Positions 38,455 to 48,957 of a stretch of 64,000 bases of DNA are shown piece after piece; the first letter of the stretch is position 1, and the number at the start of each line of letters is the position of its first letter. Position numbers and translations under genes: made by a program. The stretch is from Alistipes sp. (GTDB lineage: Bacteria > Bacteroidota > Bacteroidia > Bacteroidales > Rikenellaceae): NCBI GenBank assembly GCA_017474235.1, contig JAFVIB010000002.1, positions 70,445 through 134,444 of the forward strand, written 5' to 3'. Below the pieces are notes generated by a model that made no database searches, had not been told where the DNA came from, and was given only the letters and a program-made list of their open reading frames with translations.

Positions 38455-39111
38455 CTATGCATTGAGAAAAAAGACTATCGCTGCGAAGTGGCACAAGACC
38501 GCTATATTTATCATAAGGTGCCAAACGAGGTGGTGGTACTTAAATCCCTTTTTGGCATAGAACCACGCACCGACAGTGTAGAAGACTCCGCCGGCGGCAA
38601 TCAGCACAAGTAGCTCTGTAGAGGCGTTACGCAGAAAGAGTGGAAAGAAGAAGACAACCGTCCAGCCCATAATAAGATATATGGTAAGGCTCACTGCCGG
38701 AATAGAGCGTCGTGACAGCGACTTGTAGAAGATGCCGAATAGTACCATTGTCCACTGCAAAACCACAATCAGAATACCCTGCCAGCCGCCAATAACAGTC
38801 AGCGCAATAGGCGTATAACTGCCGGCGATGGCTACATATATAAATATATGGTCAAGAATATGGAATACAGCCTTATGTTTTGACTGCGGGTGCATAGCGT
38901 GGTAGAGCGTCGAGCAGAGGAACATCAAAAATATCGAAATGACAAAAATAGATATGCCGATAGCCGACTCGATATTGTTACCAACAGCGTGCGTATAGCC
39001 CCATACAGCTGCAAAAGGGAGGGCGAGAAGTGTCAGAATGGCCATCACTCCGTGTGATATGGTATTGGCTATCTCCTCTCCAAAAGTGGGAATATAAATT
39101 AGCTTTTTCAT
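38455..39111 (-). CDS. Hemolysin III/PAQR family membrane protein
   Basis: EEIANTISHG, STLYHA, DHIFIYVAIAGSYTP and HHLVWH motifs; start at the ATG of MKKLIY. Confidence 0.92.
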   Translation of the reverse strand: MKKLIYIPTFGEEIANTISHGVMAILTLLALPFAAVWGYTHAVGNNIESAIGISIFVISIFLMFLCSTLYHAMHPQSKHKAVFHILDHIFIYVAIAGSYTPIALTVIGGWQGILIVVLQWTMVLFGIFYKSLSRRSIPAVSLTIYLIMGWTVVFFFPLFLRNASTELLVLIAAGGVFYTVGAWFYAKKGFKYHHLVWHLMINIAVLCHFAAIVFFLNA

Positions 39112-39199
39112 AGTGGCAAAGATAGCGGTTTTATCAAATAATTGTGCATTTTTACTCTCTTTCGCCATATTTTGCTATCTTTGCACCAAACTATCGGAT

Positions 39200-40474
39200 A
39201 TGAATTCTAAACGCGGACTTTTGGCGTTATCGCCTGTATTTGTGCTACTTGCAGTATATCTTTGCGGCTCGCTCTTGGCGGGCGATTTCTATAAGGTGCC
39301 TATATCTGTGGCATTTGTAGTGGCTGCAATTTACGGCATCATTCTGCTGAAGGGTCATAACTTGCAGGAGAGGGTGGGTATATTCTCTCACGGTGCGGCA
39401 AATCCCGATATAATGTATATGATATGGATATTCTGCTTGGCGGGCATATTTGCCTCGTCGGCAAAGGCTATGGGTGCGGTAGATGCTACGGTGGCTCTCA
39501 CGCTGAAGGCTGTGCCGAGTGCATACCTGCCTGCCGGAATATTTATCGCATCTTGCTTTATATCTATGGCTATCGGCACTTCTGTCGGAACAATTGTCGC
39601 GCTTACGCCCGTGGTTACGGTAATGTCACAGCAGATTGGCTGCGATACGGCGTGGCTTGTGGCGATAGTTGTCGGCGGCGCATTTTTTGGCGATAATCTC
39701 TCGTTTATATCCGATACGACCATTGCTGCAACTCAGAGTCAGGGGTGTAAGATGAGCGATAAGTTCAAGACCAACTTCAGAATAGTACTGCCGGCAGCTG
39801 TGGCAACCCTCTGTCTCTATCTGTTTGGTCATCAGGCGGCAGAGTATAGCGTTGTCGAGCAGAGTGTGGAGTGGTTTAAGGCTCTGCCGTATCTGCTTGT
39901 GATTATTATGGCATTGGCGGGAGTAAATGTACTTGTGGTGCTGATTGTCGGCACGGTGTTGGCAGACCTGATAGGGCTTATGGGCGAAGAGTTTACGCTG
40001 CTTAGTATATTTACCTCTGCCGGCGAGGGTCTTAATTCGATGTGTGAACTGATACTTGTCACACTGCTCGCAGGTGGAGTGATGGCGGTAGTAAAGCAGT
40101 TGGGCGGTTTTGACTATCTCATTGAACAACTTACGCGAAAAGTGTCATCAAAGCGTGGTGCCGAGGGCGTGGTGGCTCTGCTGACGGCTCTGACAAATTT
40201 CTGCACGGCAAACAATACGATAGCAATTCTTACAGTTGGACCTATTGCCCGCGACCTCTCTGCACGATATGGAATCTCGCCACGAAAGAGTGCTTCGCTG
40301 ATGGATACGGCATCATGTGTCATTCAGGGTTTTCTGCCCTATGGTGCGCAGTTGCTTATGGCGGCGGGACTGTCGGGAGTGAGTTCGATTGAGGTGTTGC
40401 CTCATCTTTACTATCCGTTTATGGTGGGTGTGATGGTTTTGCTATCTATTGTGTTGCAATTCCCAAGGAGGTAG
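39200..40474 (+). CDS. NhaC-family Na+/H+ antiporter (or amino-acid permease)
   Basis: GTSVGT, GGAFFGDNLSFISDTTI and TANNTIAI motifs; start at the ATG of MNSKRG. Confidence 0.88.
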   Translation: MNSKRGLLALSPVFVLLAVYLCGSLLAGDFYKVPISVAFVVAAIYGIILLKGHNLQERVGIFSHGAANPDIMYMIWIFCLAGIFASSAKAMGAVDATVALTLKAVPSAYLPAGIFIASCFISMAIGTSVGTIVALTPVVTVMSQQIGCDTAWLVAIVVGGAFFGDNLSFISDTTIAATQSQGCKMSDKFKTNFRIVLPAAVATLCLYLFGHQAAEYSVVEQSVEWFKALPYLLVIIMALAGVNVLVVLIVGTVLADLIGLMGEEFTLLSIFTSAGEGLNSMCELILVTLLAGGVMAVVKQLGGFDYLIEQLTRKVSSKRGAEGVVALLTALTNFCTANNTIAILTVGPIARDLSARYGISPRKSASLMDTASCVIQGFLPYGAQLLMAAGLSGVSSIEVLPHLYYPFMVGVMVLLSIVLQFPRR

Positions 40475-40533
40475 ATGCTACCCGTTGCTTTTTTCTCAAA
40501 ATTTATCTAACTTTGAGTGTTAAATATTGCGAT

Positions 40534-43155
40534 ATGAAAAAGTTTTTGAAAATTTTTGCGGTTATTTTAGCACTGCTACTCGCCGTGATTATTGTTGTGC
40601 CAATGGCGTTGAGCAGCAAAATTGGAGATATTGTTAAGCACGAAGCTAATGCAATGCTCAATGCTAAGGTCGAGTTTGAGTCGCTCGACATCTCGCTTTT
40701 GCGCCACTTCCCAAAGGCATCGTTGGAGCTTGTGGATTTCTCTGTGACAGGCGTCGGCGAGTTCGAGGATCAGGTGCTTGTTGCCGGCGATAGGCTCGAG
40801 GTAGCTGTGGATGTTATGTCGCTCTTTGGCGAGAGTTTTGAGATTAGCAAGGTATGGTTGCAGTCGCCGAAGATAAACGGTATTGTAACAAAAGGTGGTG
40901 CTTTGAATTGGGATATTATGGGCACTACGACCGTCGAAGAGGAAGAGGTTGTCGAGGAGGAGAGTGAGTCAGAGTCAGCCTTTAAACTATCGCTTAAGGC
41001 TCTCAATATTGAGAATGGCGAGGTGGCATATACAGACAATCAGAGCAATATGCGCTTCTATACTGCGCCTGTGTCGCTCGCCCTATCAGGCGACTTGTCG
41101 GCTGCAACAACCACTCTGAAGATTGGCGCAAGTGCAGCAGATATAACCTTTGTTAGCGATGGCGACTCTTTTGCATCGGGACTTACTGCCTCGCTAAATG
41201 GTGCTGTGGCTGCAGATTTGGAGAATAACAGATATACGCTCTCGTCGCTCAGCCTTGCTGTCAATAGTGTTCGCGCAGCGTTAAATGGTTGGGTAGAGCT
41301 GGATGGCGATGATATAGTGACCGATATTGCGCTCGACTGCTCGGATAATAATTTTAAGAGTATTCTTTCGCTCGTTCCGGTGCTATATACCAAAGATTTT
41401 GAGGAGCTTACTGCGGCAGGAGAGGTTTCACTCACAGGTGCGGTTAAGGGTAGAATGAGTGGAGATAAATATCCGTCATTTGATATCCGATTGAAGGTCA
41501 AAGATGGCAGCTTTAAGTATGCCGATTTGCCAAAGTCGGTGACAGATATAGATATTGTTGCGGCGGTGGTAAATAAGGGTGCTACGCTCGATGCCACTAC
41601 GGTAGATATTTCGCAATTCGGTGCATCGTTTGGCGGTCAGAGTTTTACAGCCACTCTCAAGGCTTCGACACCTCTGTCAGATCTTGCTTTTGCAGCAACA
41701 GCAAAGGGTAAGGTCGATTTGGGTGCGATAAAGGATATCTATCCGCTTGAGGATATGGCTCTGAAGGGTATTGTTACAGCCGATGCCGCTCTGTCGGGTC
41801 GTATGTCCGATATTGAGAAGGGGGCTTATGACCGTTTAGGTGTCAATGGGCAGTTAGGCGTTGAGGGTATCGAGGTTGAGTATGGCAAGTTCCCGACTAT
41901 CGAGGTAAATCGTGCTATGGCAACCCTCTCGCCGGCAAAAATGGCACTCGAAAATCTTGATGTGAAGATTGGCGGAAGCGATATTTCTGCTACGGGCAGC
42001 CTTACGAACTATTGGGGCTATCTGTTGCACGACAAAACTCTTTCTGGTCGGTTGGCTCTATCGTCACAGATGCTCGACTTGAATGAGCTTATGGCATCTA
42101 TGGCAACAGAGGAGCAGACAGAGGAGCAGAGTAAGGAGGGCGAAGAGAGCGAGGAGACAAGTGATGATTTGTCGCTTATCGAGATACCGAAGAATCTGCA
42201 ACTTACGCTCGATTGCTCGCTCAAAAAGGTACTCTTTGAAAAGATGGTTATCGACAACTTTGAGGGTCGAGCATCTGTGAACAACGGAGTGCTGTCGCTT
42301 GATGATTTGGCAATGAGTATGTTTGACGGCAAGGCGAGGGCTGCGGCGAAGTACTCGACTGCAAATATCGACTCCCCCAGGCTCGGATTCGATGCAACTT
42401 TCAACCAAGCGTCGTTTAAAACGACAGCAGCGCAGCTTGAATTAGTCGAGAAAATTGTGCCGCTCTTCGAGAAGATTGAGGGTACATATACAATGACAGT
42501 CAAGTGTGATATGCTGCTTGATAAGACAATGTCGCCTGTACTAAAGAGTGTAAATGGCGGCGGAAGTATAACCTCGGGCAACTTCAAGCTGTCGAATATT
42601 CCGGCACTTGACCGCCTTGCAAAGCTTGTCGGTAACGGTGTTGATTTGAGTACTATAGCATCAAGTGAGGCTACGGTTATCAGCTTTACTATTGAGAATG
42701 GAAATGTCGTTACCAAGCCGTTTGATATCAAGATTGGCAATACAAAGTTGACGCTGTCGGGTCTTACGGGGCTTGATCAGACTATAGATTACAGTGTGGC
42801 GGTGGCTCTGCCGCAGATGACGCTCTATGGTAAGATTGGCGGTACATTCTCGGACCCTAAGGTTAGCCTTGATAGTGCAAAGAGTATTGAGTCGGCACTT
42901 CAGAGTGTAGGCGTGACAAAGGAGGCGGTAGTTGAGGTTGTTGAGGAGAAGGTCGATAATACCAAGGCTCAACTTATAGCCGAAGCTGAGGCAAAGGCGG
43001 CAAAACTTATCGAGACTGCACGCGCGGAGGCAGATAAACTTGTAGAGAAGGCGTCAAATCCGATAGCAAAGGTGGCTGCAAAGGCTGCTGCCAATAAATT
43101 GATAGAGGAGGCGGAGCGTCAGGCTGCAAAATTAATCGAGGAGGCTAAGCAGTAG
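40534..43155 (+). CDS. AsmA family protein
   Basis: N-terminal TM anchor, SLLRHFPKASL, beta-rich body and C-terminal helical 'EAEAKAAKLIE' tail. Confidence 0.85.
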   Translation: MKKFLKIFAVILALLLAVIIVVPMALSSKIGDIVKHEANAMLNAKVEFESLDISLLRHFPKASLELVDFSVTGVGEFEDQVLVAGDRLEVAVDVMSLFGESFEISKVWLQSPKINGIVTKGGALNWDIMGTTTVEEEEVVEEESESESAFKLSLKALNIENGEVAYTDNQSNMRFYTAPVSLALSGDLSAATTTLKIGASAADITFVSDGDSFASGLTASLNGAVAADLENNRYTLSSLSLAVNSVRAALNGWVELDGDDIVTDIALDCSDNNFKSILSLVPVLYTKDFEELTAAGEVSLTGAVKGRMSGDKYPSFDIRLKVKDGSFKYADLPKSVTDIDIVAAVVNKGATLDATTVDISQFGASFGGQSFTATLKASTPLSDLAFAATAKGKVDLGAIKDIYPLEDMALKGIVTADAALSGRMSDIEKGAYDRLGVNGQLGVEGIEVEYGKFPTIEVNRAMATLSPAKMALENLDVKIGGSDISATGSLTNYWGYLLHDKTLSGRLALSSQMLDLNELMASMATEEQTEEQSKEGEESEETSDDLSLIEIPKNLQLTLDCSLKKVLFEKMVIDNFEGRASVNNGVLSLDDLAMSMFDGKARAAAKYSTANIDSPRLGFDATFNQASFKTTAAQLELVEKIVPLFEKIEGTYTMTVKCDMLLDKTMSPVLKSVNGGGSITSGNFKLSNIPALDRLAKLVGNGVDLSTIASSEATVISFTIENGNVVTKPFDIKIGNTKLTLSGLTGLDQTIDYSVAVALPQMTLYGKIGGTFSDPKVSLDSAKSIESALQSVGVTKEAVVEVVEEKVDNTKAQLIAEAEAKAAKLIETARAEADKLVEKASNPIAKVAAKAAANKLIEEAERQAAKLIEEAKQ

Positions 43156-43318
43156 GGCTGATTATCTACTAAAACAGAATTTTTGCTAAAAAAAGTGTGA
43201 GAAAGTTTTACCTTTTGCAAAAATAAGTGTATATTTGTCGCCGATTTCGCTCTGTGTGAGGGCGATATGAGTTTTAACGAGATAATTAATACGAACTAAT
43301 AAACAAAATTTTACAGCT

Positions 43319-43591
43319 ATGACAAAGGCAGATATCGTAACAGAGATTGCTAAGAATACCGGCGTAGAGAAGGTACAGATTCAGGCTATTGTAGAGTCTT
43401 TTATGGAGGAGATTAAGGACTCTTTGGGTCGCGGTGAGAATGTTTATCTTCGTGGTTTCGGCTCTTTCATTGTAAAGACTCGCGCAGAGAAGGTTGCTCG
43501 TAACATCTCAAAGAATACAACAATCACCATTCCTGAGCATAAGATTCCGGCTTTCAAGCCAGCTAAGACTTTTACTGCAAAGGTTAAGTAA
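43319..43591 (+). CDS. hup: HU DNA-binding protein
   Basis: MTKADIV...VYLRGFGSF...ARN...PAFKP. Confidence 0.95.
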   Translation: MTKADIVTEIAKNTGVEKVQIQAIVESFMEEIKDSLGRGENVYLRGFGSFIVKTRAEKVARNISKNTTITIPEHKIPAFKPAKTFTAKVK

Positions 43592-43627
43592 TTCGTAACT
43601 ATTGTTTAATCCTTAATATTTACAACT

Positions 43628-43717
43628 ATGCCAAACGGAAAGAAGCATAAGCGTCACAAGATGGCGACCCACAAGCGTAAGAAGCGTCTGCGTAAGGATC
43701 GTCACAAGAAGAAGTAG
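43628..43717 (+). CDS. 29-aa basic protein, bS22-like (AURKAIP1/COX24 domain); absent from the ORF track
   Basis: Hand translation MPNGKKHKRHKMATHKRKKRLRKDRHKKK*; preceded by an AT-rich 'ACAACT' start context like its neighbours. Confidence 0.88.
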   Translation: MPNGKKHKRHKMATHKRKKRLRKDRHKKK

Positions 43718-43865
43718 TATGCCCGACGGTATATTGCTTAAATAGGAGTATAACGCTAAAGGGTAAAACCCCCTTTAGCGTTCCTATTATGAAGAGTGGT
43801 CAAATCGCATAGTGTGTGCGGTGACGGTATCTTCATAAAAATACAAAAAATCATAATCTTGTACT

Positions 43866-45551
43866 ATGAACCGTGAGTTAATTATCAATGTAACCTCTAC
43901 CGAGATAAACATCGCCCTCTGTGAGGATAAGGTGTTGGTAGAGTTGGGCAAGGATATGGCGCAGACAGGTTTCTCTGTGGGCGACATATACTTGGGTAAG
44001 GTGCGCAAGATTATGCCCGGACTCAATGCCGCGTTTGTCAATATCGGACATGAACGCGACGCTTTTATCCACTATCAGGATTTAGGACCTCACTTCCCTA
44101 CACTCGACAAGATTGTCGATAGTTGGGCTCCGGGGAAGAAGTGTGTACGATTGGAGACAATGAAAATCGACACGCCTCTGGAGAAGGATGGTAAGATTTC
44201 AAACCATCTGCAAGTAGGTCAGACTGTGATGGTTCAGGTCTCAAAAGAGGCTATATCTACAAAGGGACCGCGTCTGACTTGCGATATCTCGTTAGCGGGA
44301 AGAAATATTGTCCTTGTCCCATTCTCTTCAAAGGTCTTCCTTTCGCAGAAGATTCGCTCCAATGAGGAGAAAAAACGCCTCAAGCGTGTAGCTACAGGCG
44401 TACTTCCAAAGAATTTTGGCGTTATTATCCGCACTGCCGCAACTGCTGCTACTGACCTTGATGTAGAGCAGGATATACTTGCTGCAGTAGAGAAGTGGAA
44501 CAAGACTTGCCAGCAGATTCGCCGCCATCAGGCTCCGGCACTGCTTATGGGTGAGATGAGCCGCGCCAACACAATTATTCGTGACTCCCTCGACGGTTCG
44601 TTTACGCAGATTTGTGTAGATGACGAGGGTATGTACAACGAAATTCGCAGTTATATCGCGTCGGTAGATCCGGAGAAGGTTAAGCTGGTGAAGTTATACC
44701 GTGGGTCAGTGCCGATTTTTGACAACTTCGATATCTCGCGACAGATTAAGTCGCTCTTTGCTCGTTATGTATCTCTGAAGCGAGGTGCATATCTTATCAT
44801 AGAATCTACGGAGGCGATGAATGTTATCGATGTCAACTCCGGAAACCGTACTAAGGCTGATGACAATCAAGAGCAGCATGTGCTTGAGGTCAATCTTGCA
44901 GCGGCAGCCGAGATTGCTCGTCAGTTGCGCCTTAGAGATTTGGGCGGTATTGTGATTATCGACTTTATCGATATGCACAAGGCACAGAGTCGCCAGCTCC
45001 TCTATGAGGAGATGCAGCGACTTATGGCAACCGACAAGGCTCGCCATACAATATTGCCGCTTACCAAGTTCGGACTTATGCAGATTACTCGTCAGCGTAT
45101 CCGTCCTGTTGCAGTGAAGGATATTCAGGAGGTCTGTCCAACTTGCGGGGGTACGGGAAAGATTGAGCCGACAGTGTTGCTTGAGCGCACTATCGAGAAC
45201 CAGTTGTCACTACTTGCCGAGGAGCACGGCGAGCGTTATGTAAACCTTGTGGTCAGTCCGTATGTGGCAGCCTTTATCAAGCAGGGGGTATTCTCTCTGC
45301 GCACAAGATGGGCTCTGAAGTATGGAATGTATATCTCTGTTACAGCGTCACAGAGCGCAGGTATTGTAGAGGTAAAGTATCTTGACCGCAAAGGTGATGA
45401 TATGTTACACCCAAACTATGTGGGAAATCGCAAACCTAAGAAGAGTGCTGAACCTAAGCCTGCCAAAAAAGAGAAGGAGCGCAAGGAGCAGGCGGGTAAG
45501 TCTCGAAGAAGAGGTAAGAGAAGTAGCGAGACAAAGGATAAAAGAGAGTAG
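43866..45551 (+). CDS. rng: Ribonuclease E/G
   Basis: GDIYLGKV..IMPGLNAAFV, KGPRLT, IDVNSG, LRDLGGIVIIDFIDM and CPTCGGTG motifs. Confidence 0.93.
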   Translation: MNRELIINVTSTEINIALCEDKVLVELGKDMAQTGFSVGDIYLGKVRKIMPGLNAAFVNIGHERDAFIHYQDLGPHFPTLDKIVDSWAPGKKCVRLETMKIDTPLEKDGKISNHLQVGQTVMVQVSKEAISTKGPRLTCDISLAGRNIVLVPFSSKVFLSQKIRSNEEKKRLKRVATGVLPKNFGVIIRTAATAATDLDVEQDILAAVEKWNKTCQQIRRHQAPALLMGEMSRANTIIRDSLDGSFTQICVDDEGMYNEIRSYIASVDPEKVKLVKLYRGSVPIFDNFDISRQIKSLFARYVSLKRGAYLIIESTEAMNVIDVNSGNRTKADDNQEQHVLEVNLAAAAEIARQLRLRDLGGIVIIDFIDMHKAQSRQLLYEEMQRLMATDKARHTILPLTKFGLMQITRQRIRPVAVKDIQEVCPTCGGTGKIEPTVLLERTIENQLSLLAEEHGERYVNLVVSPYVAAFIKQGVFSLRTRWALKYGMYISVTASQSAGIVEVKYLDRKGDDMLHPNYVGNRKPKKSAEPKPAKKEKERKEQAGKSRRRGKRSSETKDKRE

Positions 45552-45567
45552 GGTATAACCTGTAAAG

Positions 45568-48500
45568 ATGCACAAAATAGTCGAGTCGGCTGTGCAGACA
45601 GCATCGTTTGCGCAGTTGTACAAAGAGTTGAAACAGAAGGGCAATACCGTCTATCTCAATGAGTTGGTCGGAGGAGCCCTTTCGTTTTATTTGGCAGCGG
45701 CAGTGTCTAAAACTGCCGGTCTGCACATAGTTGTTGCAGAGGATCGTGATGCGGCAGCCTATACGATGAACGACCTCTATGCACTTGTCGGTGAGAAGCG
45801 AGTTTTGTTCTTCCCATCCGCTTATAAACGCTCTATTGTCTATGGTCGAGAGGATGCAGAGGGCGTTGTAATGCGTACCAATGTGATGAATGAGATTGCA
45901 AATCTCAAATCTGACGATTTTCTTATTGTATGTACCTATCCCGAGGCTATTGCAGAGGCTGTTGTTGCGCAGAACGAACTTGAGAAGCAGTCTGTCAAGA
46001 TAGCAAAGGGGGATAGGTTGGATATATCCGACCTTGTCGATGAGTTGGAGAGTCAGGGCTTTGTTCGTGTGGATTTTGTATATGAGCCCGGGCAATACTC
46101 TGTTCGTGGAGGTATTGTCGATGTGTTTTCCTACTCCGAGTCGCGCCCTTATCGTTTAGACTTTTTTGGCGATGAGGTTGAGTCGCTGCGACGCTTTGAA
46201 ATTGGAAATCAGCTCTCGTCAGATGCCCTTGAGAGTATAGATATTATCGGTAATATAAATCGTGCAGAGGGTCGTAATGTCTCTTTTGCGTCATTTGTCG
46301 GCGAGGGGGCAAACTATTGGTTTTATGATGCCGATTATGTCTTTAGAAGGGTCGATGATATAAGGGTTAAGGTGCTTGAGCAGAGCGAAGAGCCACAGAG
46401 CGCAGTCGAGAAGATGAGCTCTCGCCGTGCCTTTGTTGCAGATATGGCAGGCTCGACGCTGCTAATGCTTAAAAATAACCTCTCCGAGCGACCTTGTACC
46501 GCTACGGTCATCTTCCATACTCAACCACAGAGTAGTTTTGGTAAGAACTTCGAGATGCTTGCCGACGATATGACCCGTCGTAGAGGCGAAGGGTTGCAGT
46601 GCTATGTTCTCTCCGATAATTTGGCGCAGATGGAGCGTCTGGAGAATATTTTTCATAGCATCAACCGCCACGATATAGCACCACAGATGATGCGATTGTT
46701 GCTGCACGAGGGTTTTGTGGATTATGATACCCGATTGTCTCTCTATGCAGAGCATCAGATTTTCGACCGCTATCGCCGATATAAAATCAATGGAGAGATT
46801 AAGCGCGACGAGCAGATGACCGTTGCCGAGCTTAATGCGCTCAGAGTTGGAGATTATGTTGTCCATATAGACCACGGAGTGGGTCGTTTTGACGGTCTTG
46901 TGTCGCTGCCTGACCCTGCCGGTGGTAAGCCGAGGGAGGTTATTAAGCTTGTCTATCGCGATGGCGATGTGCTGTTTATAAATGTCCACTCACTCCACTG
47001 TATATCCCGCTATAAGAGTGGCGATGGAGAGCGACCAAAGGTGCATAAACTCGGTAGTGGTGCATGGCAGAAGCTCAAGACGGCAACCAAGAAGGCTGTC
47101 AAGGATATATCGCGCGAGCTTATTGCTCTATATGCCAAGCGTAAGGCGAGTGAAGGCTTCGCATTCTCGGCAGACAGCTATCTGCAACAAGCTATGGAGG
47201 CTTCATTCCGCTATGAGGAGACCCCAGACCAGCAGCGTGCTATTGAGGCTGTAAAGGGCGATATGGAGTCCTCAAGACCGATGGATAGACTTATCTGTGG
47301 CGATGTGGGCTTTGGTAAGACCGAGGTGGCTATTCGAGCAGCCTTTAAGGCGGCAGTAGATGGTAAGCAGGTGGCGGTGCTTGTGCCGACAACGATACTT
47401 GCACTGCAACACTACCGCTCATTTACCGAGCGACTGCGAGATATGCCTGTGCGGGTTGAGTATCTCAACCGCTCAAAGAGCGCAAAGCAGACACGACAGA
47501 TAGCCGAGGATTTGGAGTCGGGACAGATAGATATTCTTATCGGAACGCATAAGATGTTGGGTAGTGCTATTAAGTTCCGCGACTTGGGTCTGTTGATAAT
47601 CGACGAGGAGCAGCGTTTTGGTGTGGCTGCGAAGGAGAAACTGACACAGATGAGTGTAAATGTCGATACACTTACGCTTACGGCAACGCCTATTCCGCGT
47701 ACACTGCAATTCTCGCTTATGGGCTCGCGCGACCTCTCTGTAATTTCAACACCGCCACCAAACCGACAACCGATTATTACAGAGTCTCATACATTCTCCG
47801 AGGAGCTTGTGCGTGATGCTGTTGAGGCGGAGCTGTCGCGTGGCGGTCAGGTCTATTTTATACACAACAATGTCGAGCAACTTGAGGATATACGCGGTAT
47901 GATTACCCGCCTCTGTCCAAAGGCGCGTGTTGTGGCGGCGCACGGGCGAATGAAGGCTGTAGATATGGAGAAGCTGATTATGGACTTTATCTATGGCGAG
48001 AGCGATGTGCTTGTGGCAACATCTATTATCGAGAGTGGTGTGGATATTCCGAATGTGAATACGATAATTATCAACAATGCCGACCACTTCGGCTTGAGTA
48101 ATCTGCATCAGTTGCGAGGGCGCGTGGGTAGAAGTGACCGTAAGGCGTACTGCTATCTGCTCAGCAAACCTGATGAACTTATATCGAGTGATGCCCGTCG
48201 CAGATTAAGGGCTATTGAGGAGTTCTCGGATTTGGGCTCGGGATTTAATATCGCTATGCAGGACCTCGATATTCGCGGCGCAGGAAATCTGTTGGGAGCC
48301 GAGCAGAGCGGATTTATTGCCGATATAGGTTTTGAAACATATCAGAAGATTCTCAATGAGGCTATTGCAGAGTTGCGTGCCGAGGGTCTTGATGTTGCCG
48401 GTCTGTCACAGGAGGAGCAGAAAGTTGTCGAGCGTATAAGTTATGTCAATGATGTTGCGGTAGAGCTTGGCGTAGATGCCTCCCTTCCGGCAGATTATGT

Positions 48501-48900
48501 GCAGCAGGCTGCCGAGCGACTCAGGTTGTACCGAGAGTTGGACTCTATTGTTGATCAGGAGCAGTTGCAGCAGTTTGAATTGCGCCTTACAGACCGCTTT
48601 GGTCGCCTGCCGGATGCAGCGCGACAACTGCTTGATGTGGTCCGCCTGCGTTGGGTAGCGGCAGAGCTTGGTATAGAGCGTGTGAAGGTCAAGAATGGAC
48701 TTATGATTGTCGCCTTTGTGGGCGACGACCACTCGCCATTCTATAAGACCGAGCAGTTTATGACCCTGCTGCGCAGAGTTACAGCACAACCGGAGCGATT
48801 TGTCCTTAAACAGCGCGATACAAAACTCGCTATGACGGTGCGAAATGTGGCATCTGTGGCTGATGGAGTAAAGGTGCTGACAGAGCTGAAACAATCGTAA
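45568..48900 (+). CDS. mfd: Transcription-repair coupling factor
   Basis: CarD-like domain, GDVGFGKT, DEEQRFG, QLRGRVGRS and DLDIRGAGNLLG motifs. Confidence 0.98.
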   Translation: MHKIVESAVQTASFAQLYKELKQKGNTVYLNELVGGALSFYLAAAVSKTAGLHIVVAEDRDAAAYTMNDLYALVGEKRVLFFPSAYKRSIVYGREDAEGVVMRTNVMNEIANLKSDDFLIVCTYPEAIAEAVVAQNELEKQSVKIAKGDRLDISDLVDELESQGFVRVDFVYEPGQYSVRGGIVDVFSYSESRPYRLDFFGDEVESLRRFEIGNQLSSDALESIDIIGNINRAEGRNVSFASFVGEGANYWFYDADYVFRRVDDIRVKVLEQSEEPQSAVEKMSSRRAFVADMAGSTLLMLKNNLSERPCTATVIFHTQPQSSFGKNFEMLADDMTRRRGEGLQCYVLSDNLAQMERLENIFHSINRHDIAPQMMRLLLHEGFVDYDTRLSLYAEHQIFDRYRRYKINGEIKRDEQMTVAELNALRVGDYVVHIDHGVGRFDGLVSLPDPAGGKPREVIKLVYRDGDVLFINVHSLHCISRYKSGDGERPKVHKLGSGAWQKLKTATKKAVKDISRELIALYAKRKASEGFAFSADSYLQQAMEASFRYEETPDQQRAIEAVKGDMESSRPMDRLICGDVGFGKTEVAIRAAFKAAVDGKQVAVLVPTTILALQHYRSFTERLRDMPVRVEYLNRSKSAKQTRQIAEDLESGQIDILIGTHKMLGSAIKFRDLGLLIIDEEQRFGVAAKEKLTQMSVNVDTLTLTATPIPRTLQFSLMGSRDLSVISTPPPNRQPIITESHTFSEELVRDAVEAELSRGGQVYFIHNNVEQLEDIRGMITRLCPKARVVAAHGRMKAVDMEKLIMDFIYGESDVLVATSIIESGVDIPNVNTIIINNADHFGLSNLHQLRGRVGRSDRKAYCYLLSKPDELISSDARRRLRAIEEFSDLGSGFNIAMQDLDIRGAGNLLGAEQSGFIADIGFETYQKILNEAIAELRAEGLDVAGLSQEEQKVVERISYVNDVAVELGVDASLPADYVQQAAERLRLYRELDSIVDQEQLQQFELRLTDRFGRLPDAARQLLDVVRLRWVAAELGIERVKVKNGLMIVAFVGDDHSPFYKTEQFMTLLRRVTAQPERFVLKQRDTKLAMTVRNVASVADGVKVLTELKQS

Positions 48901-48957
48901 TTGGCAAGATTGTATAGATAGGGGAGTAACGGAATCGAGACTAAAAAATAACAAACA

